DNA of 64,000 nucleotides. Origin: Longimicrobiales bacterium. GTDB taxonomy: Bacteria > Gemmatimonadota > Gemmatimonadetes > Longimicrobiales > Gaopeijiaceae. Location: contig CBDAON010000004.1 of assembly GCA_965198065.1 (NCBI GenBank), positions 2,656,001-2,720,000 on the forward strand. The letters are read 5' to 3'. Below the pieces are notes generated by a model, which saw only the letters and a program-made list of their open reading frames with translations, was not told the origin of the DNA and did no database searches. The position numbers and the translations under genes are program-made. The first letter of the stretch is position 1, and each line of letters opens with the position of its first letter. This document shows, piece by piece, positions 10,367 through 21,685 of the stretch.

Positions 10367-11373
10367 CTGACCAACTGGTGTTCGGGACCACGACCTTCAT
10401 CCTCCTGGCCATGGTCGCGATGGTGTTCGTGGTTCTCTGGGCCATTCCGGTCCGCCTCTGGGTGGAGGCGATCTCGGCGGGAGCTCAGGTCGGGATCGGC
10501 TACCTGATCGGGATGCGACTCCGGAAGGTGAATCCCCCCGCGGTCGTGCGACCTCTCATCTGGGCGACCAAGGCTGGCCTCGACATGACGGTCGGGGATC
10601 TCGAGGCGCACTATCTGGCGGGCGGGAGCGTGGACCGGGTCGTCCGGGCCCTCATCTCGGCGGATAAGGCGAACATCGACCTGTCGCTTCAGCAGGCCGC
10701 GGCCATCGACCTCGCGGGACGTGACGTCTTCGAGGCCGTAGGGGTTTCCGTGAACCCCAAGGTCATCACGACGCCCCGGGTCTCGGCTATGGCGAGGGAC
10801 GGTATCCAACTCATCGCCATGGCGCGAGTGACCGTGCGAGCGAACATCAACCGCCTCGTCGGCGGTGCCGGGGAGGAGACGATCCTAGCGCGCGTGGGGG
10901 AGGGCATCGTGTCGTCCATCGGCTCGTCCGACTCGCACAAGGCCGTGCTCGAGAACCCGGACGGCATCTCGAAGACCGTGCTCTCGCGCGGCCTGGACTC
11001 GGGGACCGCGTACGAGATCCTCTCGATCGACATCGCCGACGTGGACGTGGGGAAGAACATCGGAGCCGAGCTCCAGACCGATCAGGCCGAGGCGGACAAG
11101 CGGGTTGCCCAGGCGCGGGCCGAGGAGAGGAGAGCCATGGCCGTGGCCCTCGAGCAGGAAATGACGGCGAAGGTCGAGGAGATGCGGGCCCGCGTGGTCG
11201 AGGCCGAGGCCGAGGTGCCGAAGGCCATGGCGGCCGCGTTCCGGGACGGAAACTTCGGGATCATGGACTACATGCGTTACCGGAACATCGAGTCCGACAC
11301 GTCGATGCGGACCACAATCGCAGACAGCGAGGGCGACGACCGAGCCGATCCGATGCCGGGATCATCGTCGTAG
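10363..11373 (+). CDS. floA: Flotillin-like protein FloA (YqfA/UPF0365)
   Basis: [53 protein letters not shown]; coupled to nfeD (ATGA). Confidence 0.95.
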   Translation: MTDQLVFGTTTFILLAMVAMVFVVLWAIPVRLWVEAISAGAQVGIGYLIGMRLRKVNPPAVVRPLIWATKAGLDMTVGDLEAHYLAGGSVDRVVRALISADKANIDLSLQQAAAIDLAGRDVFEAVGVSVNPKVITTPRVSAMARDGIQLIAMARVTVRANINRLVGGAGEETILARVGEGIVSSIGSSDSHKAVLENPDGISKTVLSRGLDSGTAYEILSIDIADVDVGKNIGAELQTDQAEADKRVAQARAEERRAMAVALEQEMTAKVEEMRARVVEAEAEVPKAMAAAFRDGNFGIMDYMRYRNIESDTSMRTTIADSEGDDRADPMPGSSS

Positions 11374-11445
11374 GTCCCTCGCTCGCGCGCCGCCCGGCCA
11401 CGAGCGTCGCCCCTCGATCCCCGCGGGGCCGAAGGAGTCGATGAC

Positions 11446-12177
11446 GTGGACTTCCAGCTCCTCTTTATCCTGATCGTGGTCGCCGCGGCGATCTTCGACG
11501 CGGCGGGGCGCGCGAGGCGGAGGCGCATGCCCCAGCCGGAGGAGGAGTCGGAGGAGGTGCCCGTCTCCCCAGGGGAAGCTCGAACGGGTGCCGCTCAGCG
11601 CCGCTGGGAGGCTGCCGAGCGGGGAGGCGCGCTCGAGGCCCCGGAACCAGGGACCGGGACCGCGACGCGGGAAGGCCGAGAAACCGCGGACTCGATGGTG
11701 CCGGCTGACCTCTGGGCCGTCCTTACCGGGGAGGCGTCTCCGGGCACCAGGACTCGGGACCCGGCCGGACGTGCGGGAACGGAGCGGTCCGACGACTCAC
11801 GGGACGTCGAGCCTTGGGACGAGATGGGCATCGAGGGGGAATCCGTCGAGACGATTCCCCCGGCACCGCGGGAACGAGAATGGAAGGGGGATCCGACTAG
11901 CATCCCCTGGAGGCCTGAGCCTCCCCCGACGCCTCCGGCACCCGCCGCCCCGGCAGCGAAGGCGGCCCCGGCCGTCCCTCCCGTCCCGCTTCCCCTGGCG
12001 GCCGCTCGAGCGCGTCGGGCGCCGGGTCGTGGACCGGGCAAGCGGGCATCAGGCGCCTACTCGGCCCTCCTGTCGGGCGCCGGACCCGGCGGGCTCCGTA
12101 GGGCGATCGTTTTGACGGAGATCCTGGGGAAGCCGGTCGCGCTCCGGCGATCGACGGATCCGTGGGAGGGGGGTTAA
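11446..12177 (+). CDS. YqfB-like membrane-anchored low-complexity protein
   Basis: N-terminal TM, C-terminal LRRAIVLTEILGKP motif, position after nfeD-floA. Confidence 0.7.
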   Translation: MDFQLLFILIVVAAAIFDAAGRARRRRMPQPEEESEEVPVSPGEARTGAAQRRWEAAERGGALEAPEPGTGTATREGRETADSMVPADLWAVLTGEASPGTRTRDPAGRAGTERSDDSRDVEPWDEMGIEGESVETIPPAPREREWKGDPTSIPWRPEPPPTPPAPAAPAAKAAPAVPPVPLPLAAARARRAPGRGPGKRASGAYSALLSGAGPGGLRRAIVLTEILGKPVALRRSTDPWEGG

Positions 12178-12256
12178 CGATCCGGCGGGGGTGGCGTCGA
12201 CCCGACGCTCCCATGGCGGTGTACGGTGCCCCCGAGCACGCGGCCGGTGCCGCCCA

Positions 12257-15085
12257 CTACATCTCCCCGCGGCCCATCTTCCTCAGGACCGTGTGCAGGA
12301 TCCCACCGTTCCGGTAATACTCCACGTCCACGTCGGAGTCGAGCCGGACGTCGGCCCGGAACTCGATCGCAGAGCCGTCGGCCTTCTTCGCCACGACGGA
12401 GACGGTCGAGCTCGGGCCCAGCCTGTTCGCAATCCCCGTGATGTCGAGCACTTCTGTGCCGTCGAGCCCCAACGACTCCGCCCACTTCCCCTCCGGGAAC
12501 TGGAGGGGCAGCACGCCCATCCCAACCAGGTTCGAGCGGTGGATGCGCTCGTAGCTCCGCGCGATCACGGCCCGGACGCCGAGCAGGCTCGTGCCCTTCG
12601 CCGCCCAGTCCCGTGACGAGCCCGTGCCGTACTCCATGCCCGCGAGGATGACGAGCGGGGTCCCCTCGGCCTGGTACTTCATCGAGGCGTCGTAGATCGG
12701 CATCACCTCGCCGTCCGGTAAGTGCTTCGTGTAGCCTCCCTCCTTGCCGTCCAGAAGCAGGTTCTTGATCCGCACGTTACCGAACGTGCCGCGCATCATG
12801 ACGTCGTGGTTCCCGCGCCGGGCTCCGAACGTGTTGAACTCCCACGGCTTGACCCCGTGTCCGATCAGGAACCTCCCCGCGGGCTCGTCCTTGGGGATCG
12901 CGCCGGCCGGCGAGATGTGGTCCGTCGTCACGCTGTCGCCCAGCCGAGCGAGCACGCGGGCGCCCCGAACGTCCGAGAGGGGCGGCACTTCGAGCGACAT
13001 CCCCTCGAAGAAGGGCGGGTTCTGGATGTACGTCGAGCTCTCGTCCCACTCGTAGAGCGACCCGTCTTCTTTCGGGAGGGGAAGCGCCTTCCAGAGGTCG
13101 TCCCCGTCGAAGACCTCCCCGTAGCGCTCCTGGTACATGCCGGGGCGGAGGGAACGCTCGACGGTCTCCCGGATCTCCCGCTGAGACGGCCAGAGGTCCT
13201 TCAGGTACACGGGCGTCCCCTCGGCTCCGGTCCCGATCGGCTCGGAGAGGAGGTCCAGGTCGATCCGCCCCGCGAGCGCAAACGCGACGACCAGCGGCGG
13301 CGAGGCGAGGTAGTTGGCTCGGACTAGCGGGTGGATCCGCGCCTCGAAGTTCCGATTTCCCGAGAGCACCGACGACACGACGAGGCCCTGGCTCTTCACG
13401 GCCTCCGCGATCGGCTCCGGGAGAGGCCCCGAGTTCCCGATACAGGTCGTGCACCCGTAGCCCACGACGTTGAATCCGAGCTGGTCTAGAGACTCGAGGA
13501 GGCCTGACGCCTCGAGGTAATCGGTCACGACCTTGGAGCCCGGGGCCATGGAGGTCTTGACCCAAGTGGGCACCGTGAGCCCCCGCTCGATGGCCTTCTT
13601 TGCGAGGAGCCCGGCCCCGACCATGACGGAGGGGTTCGATGTGTTCGTGCACGACGTGATGGCCGCGATCACGATGCTCCCGTCGGTGATCGCGACCTCC
13701 CGGCCACCCAGCTCGATCAGCGCCACGCGCGGGTGCGGATCCAGGACCGACGTGACAGCGGAGTGGCGTTCCCCGCCGGTCGCGACGCCCGGCTCGGGGA
13801 AGTCGCCCCCCTCCCCGTTCCAGCTCGCAAGCCCCGGGGGGCGTGGCCCCTCGGGGAGGGAGAACCCCTGGGGGAGGAGCCCCGTCAGGTCCCGATCGAA
13901 GGAGCTCTTCAGGTCCGCGAGCCGGAGGCGGTCCTGCGGCCGCCGGGGCCCTGCGACGGACGGCTCGATCGAGCCCAGATCGAGCTCCAACGTCACCGTG
14001 TACTCCGGATCCGGAGTGTCGTGGGTGCGGAAGAGGTCCAGAGCCCTCGAGATCTGTCCCACCCGTTCCACGAGCTCCGGGCTCCGTCCCGTGCCCTCCA
14101 AGTAGCGGAGCGTCTCATCGTCTACCGGGAAGAACCCGACCGTGGCCCCGTACTCCGGGGACATGTTCGCGATCGTGGCGCGGTCCGGGAGCGTGAGGGA
14201 CGAGAGCCCGGAGCCGTAGAACTCGACGAACTTGTCCACGACGCCCTGCTCTCGGAGCATCTCTGTTACACGCAGCACGAGGTCCGTCGCGGTCGCTCCT
14301 TCGGGGAGCCGCCCCGTGATCTTCACGCCCACGACCTCCGGGGTCAGCATGTAGTACGGCTGGCCCAGGAGGACTGCCTCGGCCTCGATCCCTCCCACGC
14401 CCCACCCCACGACCCCGAGGCCGTTGATCATTGTCGTGTGCGAGTCCGTCCCGACCAGCGTGTCGGGGAACGCCACGTTGGAGCCGTCCACCGTCCTGCG
14501 ATGCACGACGGACGCCAGGTACTCGAGGTTCACCTGGTGGACGATCCCCGTCCCGGGGGGCACGACCTGGAAATCATTGAACGCGACCTGAGCCCAGCGG
14601 AGGAGCGCGTAACGCTCGCCGTTGCGCTCGTATTCCCTGGCCACGTTCTGGCGATAGGCCTCCGGCGTCCCGAAGTAGTCCACCTGGACCGAATGATCGA
14701 TCACGAGGTCGGCGGGCACCTGCGGGTTGATCCGCTCCGGGTCGCCCCCAATCGCGGAAAGCCCCGCTCGCATGGCAGCCAGGTCTACGACCGCGGGGAC
14801 GCCTGTGAAGTCCTGGAGCACGACCCGGGTCGGCATGAAGGGGATGTTCACCCCGGCTTCCGTGGGGCTCCACGCCGCGACGGCACGGACGTCGTCCTCC
14901 GTGACGTAACCCTTCCCGGCGTGGCGAAGCGCGTTCTCGAGCAGGATTCGGATGGAAAACGGGAGGCGTTCGATCGAGGTGACACCCGCGTCCTCGAGCC
15001 GTCGAATACGGTAGAACGAAGTCCTTCCCTCGGGCAGATCTATGTTGGCCAGGGCCCCGAACGGGTTCTTACTCTGGGCTCCCAC
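12257..15085 (-). CDS. acnA: Aconitate hydratase A
   Basis: QDFTGVP, IDHSVQVD, GTDSHT, AAITSCTNTSNP, GYGCTTCIGNSG, TTDHISPAG, YGTGSSRDWAAKG. Confidence 0.98.
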   Translation of the reverse strand: MGAQSKNPFGALANIDLPEGRTSFYRIRRLEDAGVTSIERLPFSIRILLENALRHAGKGYVTEDDVRAVAAWSPTEAGVNIPFMPTRVVLQDFTGVPAVVDLAAMRAGLSAIGGDPERINPQVPADLVIDHSVQVDYFGTPEAYRQNVAREYERNGERYALLRWAQVAFNDFQVVPPGTGIVHQVNLEYLASVVHRRTVDGSNVAFPDTLVGTDSHTTMINGLGVVGWGVGGIEAEAVLLGQPYYMLTPEVVGVKITGRLPEGATATDLVLRVTEMLREQGVVDKFVEFYGSGLSSLTLPDRATIANMSPEYGATVGFFPVDDETLRYLEGTGRSPELVERVGQISRALDLFRTHDTPDPEYTVTLELDLGSIEPSVAGPRRPQDRLRLADLKSSFDRDLTGLLPQGFSLPEGPRPPGLASWNGEGGDFPEPGVATGGERHSAVTSVLDPHPRVALIELGGREVAITDGSIVIAAITSCTNTSNPSVMVGAGLLAKKAIERGLTVPTWVKTSMAPGSKVVTDYLEASGLLESLDQLGFNVVGYGCTTCIGNSGPLPEPIAEAVKSQGLVVSSVLSGNRNFEARIHPLVRANYLASPPLVVAFALAGRIDLDLLSEPIGTGAEGTPVYLKDLWPSQREIRETVERSLRPGMYQERYGEVFDGDDLWKALPLPKEDGSLYEWDESSTYIQNPPFFEGMSLEVPPLSDVRGARVLARLGDSVTTDHISPAGAIPKDEPAGRFLIGHGVKPWEFNTFGARRGNHDVMMRGTFGNVRIKNLLLDGKEGGYTKHLPDGEVMPIYDASMKYQAEGTPLVILAGMEYGTGSSRDWAAKGTSLLGVRAVIARSYERIHRSNLVGMGVLPLQFPEGKWAESLGLDGTEVLDITGIANRLGPSSTVSVVAKKADGSAIEFRADVRLDSDVDVEYYRNGGILHTVLRKMGRGEM

Positions 15086-15357
15086 GCGGTCTCCCTCAGG
15101 CGATCGGAATGGCGAGATGGTGACGGAGGCGCCGCGAACGCGGCGACGATCCTAAGACTACGATGGGTCGGCTCCCGGGGACAGGGAACGGCGGGAGCAC
15201 CGGGAATGGGTCGTGACTCGCTGCCGACGAGCGACCCCCGCCGCACTCGTCAGGGGGTCATCCCTTGCCCGCCGTTGCGGGGACCCTTGACGGAGGACCG
15301 CCCCGCCGTGAACAGTCAGCCTCCCTTACGTGTCGCCCCGTTTCGTGGGAGGAGAAC

Positions 15358-15666
15358 GTGCACTATCTCCTGATGTACGAGTTCGTCGAAGACTACCTGG
15401 AGCGGCGGGCGCCGTTCAGGAACGCCCACCTCGGCCTCGCGTGGCAGGCACACGAGCGGGGCGACCTCGTCCTCGGAGGTGCGCTCGCCGAGCCGGCGGA
15501 CGGCGCGCTTCTCCTCTTCCAGGGAGAGGGCCCCGAAACCGTGATGGCCTTCGCCGAAGCCGACCCGTATGTGCTGAACGGGATCGTCCAGAAGTGGACG
15601 GTGCGCCCGTGGACCACGGTGGTGGGAGAGGGGGCGAGCACCCCCGTCCGGCCTGAGGGAGGGTGA
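15358..15666 (+). CDS. YciI-like protein
   Basis: GTG start after GGAG; RAPFRNAHL, GGAL, FAEADPYV. Confidence 0.88.
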   Translation: MHYLLMYEFVEDYLERRAPFRNAHLGLAWQAHERGDLVLGGALAEPADGALLLFQGEGPETVMAFAEADPYVLNGIVQKWTVRPWTTVVGEGASTPVRPEGG

Positions 15667-15749
15667 GCGTCGGAGGGTGAGCTTAGCGCACGCGGTCCAA
15701 CCTCGGCTCCGTGCACGTTCCCTTCGTTGTCCACGGCCGCACGAGCGAG

Positions 15750-15803
15750 GGGCGGCCCGGGTTGCCCCGGACCGCCCCTCGCTCATCCTGTCGCGCTAGT
15801 GAC
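15750..15803. repeat. Hairpin-containing ~55-bp repeat, copy 1 (copy 2 at 17013-17068)
   Basis: GGGCGGCCCGGG..CCCGGACCGCCC..GCTCAT.CTGTCGCGCTAGTGAC occurs on both sides of the NHL gene. Confidence 0.75.
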
Positions 15804-15837
15804 GTGCTCAAGGGCACCGGCCGGCGCCCCCTCCCAG

Positions 15838-16878
15838 TCACATCGACCCGTGGTTGTCGAAGCTCGCAGGTGCCATGTGCTTCCGGAGCATCCGAGGTCC
15901 AACCTCGGCACCGTAGACGTTCCCGTCGTTGTCCACGGCCACCCCCTCGGCCGCGCTCGTTCCTCCGGGATTGGATTGGGGATCCGGGATGAAGAAGAGG
16001 ATCGTCGCCGTCTGGAGGTCGATGACGCGAATTCCTCGCTTGAACCCGGGGCTGCTGCCCATCGCCGACTCCGAGTCCGCGATGTACATCCAGTCGTTGT
16101 TGTCGATGAAGATTCCGCTGGTCCGCCCGACGTTGTAGTAGTCGCGGACGAATTCCCCCTCCTGAGTGAAGACCTGGACCCTGCGGTTGGACCGGTCACC
16201 CACGTAGAGGAGGCCCTCCGAGTCCATCGCGAGACCGTGGGGAGTGCGGAACTGTCCCGGCCCCGAACCCGTCTCACCCCACTCCAGAAGATAGCGACCT
16301 TCTGGCGATAACTTCACGATCCGGTTGTTCCCGGTCCCCCCGTGCCCGTCGGCCACGAAGATGTTCCCGTCCGGGGCGACCAGCACGTCGCTGGGCGCCT
16401 CAAGCAACGTTTGGGTCCGTCCCCCGACGCCCGCCTGGCCGATCCGCATGAGCTCCTGGCCTTGGGGGCTGAACTTGATCACCTGGTGACCGCGGCCATC
16501 ACCACCCCGGCCGTCGGTGACCCACACGTTCCCGTCGCGATCCACATCGATCCCGTGCGGCCACTCGAAGAGCCCCGCGCCGAACTGGCGGAGGATGTTC
16601 CCGTCCTTGTCGAACTGGAAGATGATGTCCTCGTTGTAGCCGGGCTCGCAGCCGTTGGCGCCACAGCGGTCGACTGCCCAGATCGTCTCACCATCGGGGG
16701 AGACTTCCACCAAGCTGGTCGCACCCCACTCCCTCCCGTCCGGAAGCGGCGCCCAGACGCCCTCCACTGTCTGATAGGGGTTGGGCGCATTATTTTGCGC
16801 GTACGCGTCGCCGCTCGGGACCGCCGTCCAGGCGGCGAGGGCGAGCGCCGCGATTCCGGTTCGCGTGACCTTGGACAT
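15838..16878 (-). CDS. Secreted NHL-repeat beta-propeller (peptidyl-alpha-hydroxyglycine lyase-like)
   Basis: Signal peptide ending AYA-Q; repeats PHGIDVDRDGNVWVTD, PSDVLVAPDGNIFVADG, PHGLAMDSEGLLYVGDR. Confidence 0.88.
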   Translation of the reverse strand: MSKVTRTGIAALALAAWTAVPSGDAYAQNNAPNPYQTVEGVWAPLPDGREWGATSLVEVSPDGETIWAVDRCGANGCEPGYNEDIIFQFDKDGNILRQFGAGLFEWPHGIDVDRDGNVWVTDGRGGDGRGHQVIKFSPQGQELMRIGQAGVGGRTQTLLEAPSDVLVAPDGNIFVADGHGGTGNNRIVKLSPEGRYLLEWGETGSGPGQFRTPHGLAMDSEGLLYVGDRSNRRVQVFTQEGEFVRDYYNVGRTSGIFIDNNDWMYIADSESAMGSSPGFKRGIRVIDLQTATILFFIPDPQSNPGGTSAAEGVAVDNDGNVYGAEVGPRMLRKHMAPASFDNHGSM

Positions 16879-17064
16879 CGAAGACCTCCATTCAGCGGTG
16901 GCGATAGACGGCGCCGGAGGCGGCTCCGGCGTCCGCGAAGGCAGGCAAGCTCCCCAGAACTGTAGGGGAAAGCAAGCTACGACGGGGCTTGTGTGCGGGC
17001 AAACGAAAGGAAGGGCGGCCCGGGCTCTGCCCCGGACCGCCCCGCGCTCATTCTGTCGCGCTAG

Positions 17065-18335
17065 TGACCTGCCCCGAAGAGCGGTACCACAACCTATGTT
17101 AGTCCCAGCACCTGTGGAGGGCGGTGAAGGACGGGCATCCTCAGGAACCAGGGCGACGGCTTAATCGCCTCAGGGGCCGGGGGAAAGCCGCCGCAGGCGC
17201 TGTGGGGTCGGACGGTATTGTACTCGCGCCTCCATTGCTCGACCAGCACGGCCGCCTCCGCCAACGAGCAGAAGATCTCCCCGTTCAACAGCTCGTCCCT
17301 GAGCTTGCCGTTGAAGCTCTCGTTGTAGCCGTTCTCCCACGGGCTGCTCGGCTCGATAAAGAGCGTCTCGACGCCCACGCGCCCCAACCACCGCCGCACG
17401 GGCTTCGCGGTGAACTCCGGTCCGTTGTCCGACCTCAGATACTCGGGAGGCCCGTGTCGGACGAACAGATCGGCCAGCACCTCGAGCACGTCGTGCGAGC
17501 GGATCTTGCGAGCCACCACGATCGCCAGGCACTCCCTCGTGTGCTCGTCCAGCACTGTCAGCAGCTTCAGCGCACGCCCGTCGTGCGTCCTCGAGGCCAC
17601 GAAGTCGTACGACCAGACGTGGCCCCGATACAGCCGGCCTCAGCCGGATGCACGATCCGTCGTTGAGCCACAGCCGACCTCGCTTCGGCTGCCGCTCCGG
17701 GACCTTCAGCCCCTCCTGCCTCCAGATCCGCTCCACCCGCTTGTGCTTCACCCCCCAGCCCTCGATGCGGAGCGTGTCCGTGACGCGTCGCTAGCCGTAG
17801 CGGCCGAATCGACTCGCGAGTCGCACGATATCACCTCGGAGCGCCCCCTCGTCACTCGCCACTTTCCTCGCCCCGCGCTGGGTCGTGCGTGGCTGCCCGA
17901 GCACCCGGCACGCTCTCCTCTCCGACGCCCCGAGCTGCTGACGTACACGCACCACACAACGTCGTCGGCCCTCGGGGCTCAGAAGTTTCCCTTGGCCGCT
18001 TCCTCCACGATCAGCTTGTCCAGTGTCAAGTCCGCCACTGCTCGCTTCAGGCGCCCGTTCTCGCGCTCGAGCTCCTTCAGGCGCCGTGCCTGGCTCACCT
18101 TCATCCCGCCGTACTCCCGCCTCCACCGGTAGTACGTCTGCTCGGTGATGCCGAGCTCCCCCCTGATCAGCTTCACGGATTTGCCGCCGGCCAGACCGAC
18201 CTCTGCCTCCCGCACTGCAGTGATGATCTGCTCCGGAGTGTGTCGCTTCCTTCCCATCCTGACCTCCTCGCTGAAAAGCTTCGGACCAGCTCGATCCTAA
18301 CATTGCACCTGGTCTCGTTTCAGCGGGTCAGGTCA
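17065..18335 (-). mobile_element. IS3-family element 'IS-A' (IS407-like), full-length copy; orfB has an amber stop and a frameshift
   Basis: Ends TGACCTGCCCCG... and ...CGGGTCAGGTCA; orfA 17979-18257; GGGAAAC slippery site; DDE motifs WSYDF, SDNGPEF, ENGYNESFNG. No TSD seen. Confidence 0.95.
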
Positions 18336-19675
18336 ACGTGGGCTCCATCGGGTGACCAAGTACTATTCATCACCTCCCCGTCAGGTGGAGTGAGCCGAAC
18401 CGCGGGGGTTGTCCCGTCCAGACTGCTAATCCATAAGCCTCCGCTTGCTTCCTCCGGTGTGTATTCGCTGGGCCAACTGGCTCGTCGGCCGTCGGGGGAC
18501 AAGGCTGGCGCCGCGTACTCGGCAAGCGATCGAATTGCCGACGCGCCATCTGTCACGTCCTCGCCGTCGTTCACGCGGAACGTACCCACCACACGCCCCG
18601 GGCGACGGCCCTCAAGACCAAGAAGAATTCTGTCCCGGGAGCGATCAATGCACGCCACGATCGAGGCAGCTGGAACGGGCAATACTCTCCGGTTGTCGTT
18701 GGCTGGCTCAACACAGACTACTTGGTAGCCCGCGGATCCCAGATGGTTTCCATACAGCCGGCCGTTCCGGTCCCAGCACAGGTAGTGCCCTACCCTTAGG
18801 AGGGTATTTGAGCTGCCACCGTCGGATCCGACAATGCGTACCGCTTCAGAGTTGCGGATACCCGGCGGGGCCGTACAAGGGAAGGCAACCAACCCTCCAT
18901 CGTGTGACCAACACGGTGGGCCGGTCGCGTTGTCGGCTGCTATGGTCCTCAGCGTGTGAGCTGGAAGATCAAGAACATTGATGTCGCCTTGAGTACGGAA
19001 GACGATCTCTCCCCGCAGCCGCCAGCGCCTCACAAGCTCTCGGTTTACCTGGAATCCACCTGACTGCGTCGCGCCCGAGAACAGGTGTGGTGACGAGTCT
19101 TCCAATCCCGTGACTTCAGCTAGGCGCTTGAACAGCCTGCGCACCTCTGCGGGTTGATACACGAATCGGCGCGACGCCGTCGTGAGGGCAGCAGCCAGTT
19201 CGACCTTGCTTGGCATGGGTTGCAGAAGGGGATCAGCGGCAAGCGCCAGGCAGTTGCCCTCTACGGCCGAGCTCAGCGCCTCATATGCAGGAGTGGAGCG
19301 ATCCTGCAGTGCTCGATGAATCTCCGGCTCGGGTGGGTATACGCCTGCGGAGTTGTGTGTGTGAAGGGCAAGGCGCAGCATCCATGCTGGAAACAGAGCC
19401 TCAAAGTCCCGTGGGAAAGGGAAGGCGGGTTGATGGTTCGCAAGGACTGGCGAAGGAATTCTCCCGGTCCGCTCGCTCACATCCTCGTCCCACACAACGA
19501 AGATGCGGTCCTCGTAACCGTCCTGAGTTGCTTCGCGAAGCCGGGCTTCTATCTCGCTGTGGCCACCACCGTTCTTGACGAGCTCTGAGAGGGTGGTTAT
19601 GGCCCCGGGCCAGGATGCCAGTGCGTCCTGCAGGTATCGGGCTGCTGACTGACCTTCGACTAGGAGCTCGACCAC
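18336..19675 (-). pseudogene. OLD-type TOPRIM domain fused to a TolB/PD40-like beta-propeller; truncated by IS elements
   Basis: LLVEGQS, NGGG, VVWDED, RDFEALF, SKVELA (TOPRIM_OLD-like); later PCWSHDG, PALSPDGRR, TWSPDG (PD40-like). Confidence 0.65.
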
Positions 19676-19785
19676 TGTTCATGCTGCCTGCGCTGAGGGG
19701 TTCACCGAAGAGTAGGTGGCCGACATGAGAGGGCGTCGGTACGGGATGATAGGGAAGGCGCCCTCCGCCCAACAACTGGTGCGCA

Positions 19786-21074
19786 CGACCTGCCCCCAAA
19801 AGCGGTACCACCTAGAGTGTTAGTCCAAGCACCTCCTTTTGGCTGGGGGGTGGTCCAAGAAGCAGAGGTAGGTTGAGCAGCTTTGGGTCTGGCCGGATCG
19901 CTTCGGGGGCCGGGGGTCGATAACCCAGAGAGCTGTGCGGTCGATGCGTGTTGTATTCGCGCCGCCACTGCTCGATCAGCACCTTCGCCTCCTCCAGCGA
20001 ATGGAAGATTTCGCGCTTCAGCAGCTCGTTTCGGAGCGTGCCGTTAAAGCTCTCATTGTAGCCGTTCTCCCACGGGCTGCCCGGCTCGATGAACAGCGTC
20101 TTCACGCCTAGCTCACCGAGCCACTGCCGAACCACTCGGGCCGTGAACTCCGGACCGTTGTCGGAGCGAAGATTCGCCGGTGGACCGTGCTCGGCAAACA
20201 GCTCGCTCAGCGTCTGCAGAACATCGTCCGCCTGAAGCCTGCGAGTCACCACGATCGCCAGGCACTCCCGGCTGTACTCATCCAGCACCGTCAGCATCTT
20301 GAGCGGCCGTCCATCATGCGTCCGGTCCGCCACGAAGTCATACGCCCATACATGGTGTCGGTACAGGGGCCGCAGTCGGATACAAGAACCGTCGGTCAGC
20401 CACAGCCTTCCCTCGTTTCGGCTGCTTACTTGGCACCTTGAGCCCCTCCTGTCTCCAGATCCGCTCCACCCGCTTGTGGTTCACGGCCCAGCCCTCCGTC
20501 CTCAGCATCCCCGTCACCATCCGGTACCCGCAGCGCCCGAACCTGCGAGCCACCTTCACCACGTCCTCTCTCAGCGCCTCCTCATCTTCGCTTCGCTTCG
20601 GTATCCGACGCTGCGTCGAGCGTGCCTGGCCCAACACCCGGCACGCCTTGCGCTCACTCACCCCAAGCCGCTGGCGTACTTGCACCACGCAGCGTCTGCG
20701 CCACTCGGGGCTCAGTAGTTTCCCTCGGAGGCTTCCTTCAAGATCAGCTTGTCCAGCGTCAGCTCTGCCACCGCCCGCTTCAGCTGTTGGTTCTCCTTCC
20801 CTCGAGCTCCTTGAGACGCTTCGCCTGGCTCAGCTTCATTCCCCCGTACTCCCGCCGCCATCGGTAGTATGTCTGCTCGCTCACCCCCAGGTCTCGCCAC
20901 ACCTCTTTGGTCGTATTGCCGTTCGCCAGGGCCACCTCCGCCTTGCGTAGCCGGTTGATGATCTGTGCCGGACTCAGCCTCTTTGGTGCAACCATTGTGT
21001 GCCCTCCCCTTTCGTGTCTTGACCCCGTCCAGATTCTAAAACTGGACTCGGTCTCGTTTTAGGGGGTCAGATCA
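19786..21074 (-). mobile_element. IS3-family element 'IS-B', copy 1 (frameshifted)
   Basis: Ends (C)GACCTGCCCCCAAAAGCGG... and ...TAGGGGGTCAGATCA; orfA/orfB fragments 20780-20995, 20338-20688, 19812-20333. Confidence 0.93.
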
Positions 21075-21084
21075 CTCGCGCGTG

Positions 21085-21685
21085 GAGTCAATCCCAAAGT
21101 TAGTTGAAACTGGAGCGGCCTCCGTCTCAGGCGACAGCATGTGAACGGCTCTCGGGAAGGGTGATCCCGAGGTCCTTCTGGATCGCGGCCCTGAGGAGCG
21201 GGAGGTGTCGGTACCCGAGCAACCTCCGGAGCCGTGACTAGATCTCCAGGAGCGTGGTCGCGAGCCATCGGTGCTTCTGGCTCGAGTTCTTCCAGTGGTC
21301 CACGCGTCCGCACCTCTGCTCGGCCAGGGCGTTCACGGACTCGAGCACGTTGGTGGTCTTGAGCGACTGGCCGACCAGGGGGAAGACTCCCAACCGGTGG
21401 AGGGTGAGGGTCTCCTCGAACCCCTCATCGAGACTGGCCGCCGCGGACTGGTTCACCCCCGCGAGCTCCTGGCGCAGGGCCTTGAGGTCCTTGACGGCCT
21501 CTTCGTACGTGGGCCGCTGGTAGGCGCGCTGCAGACGCTGGCGCCAGCCCTTCTGCTCCGCTCTCGGCAGATACGAGATCACGTTCTTCCGCTTGTGCCA
21601 CTGGCACCGCTGGATGAGCACCTGTCCCTTGAAGACCGCCAGGACGCCGCTCCGGAGACCGCGGGCTCCATCGATCACCACGAGC
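21085..21685 (-). mobile_element. IS256-family partial copy (3' end of the element at 57515-58951)
   Basis: Near-identical to about 57515-58114; QRCQWHKRKN, TTNVLES. Confidence 0.9.
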
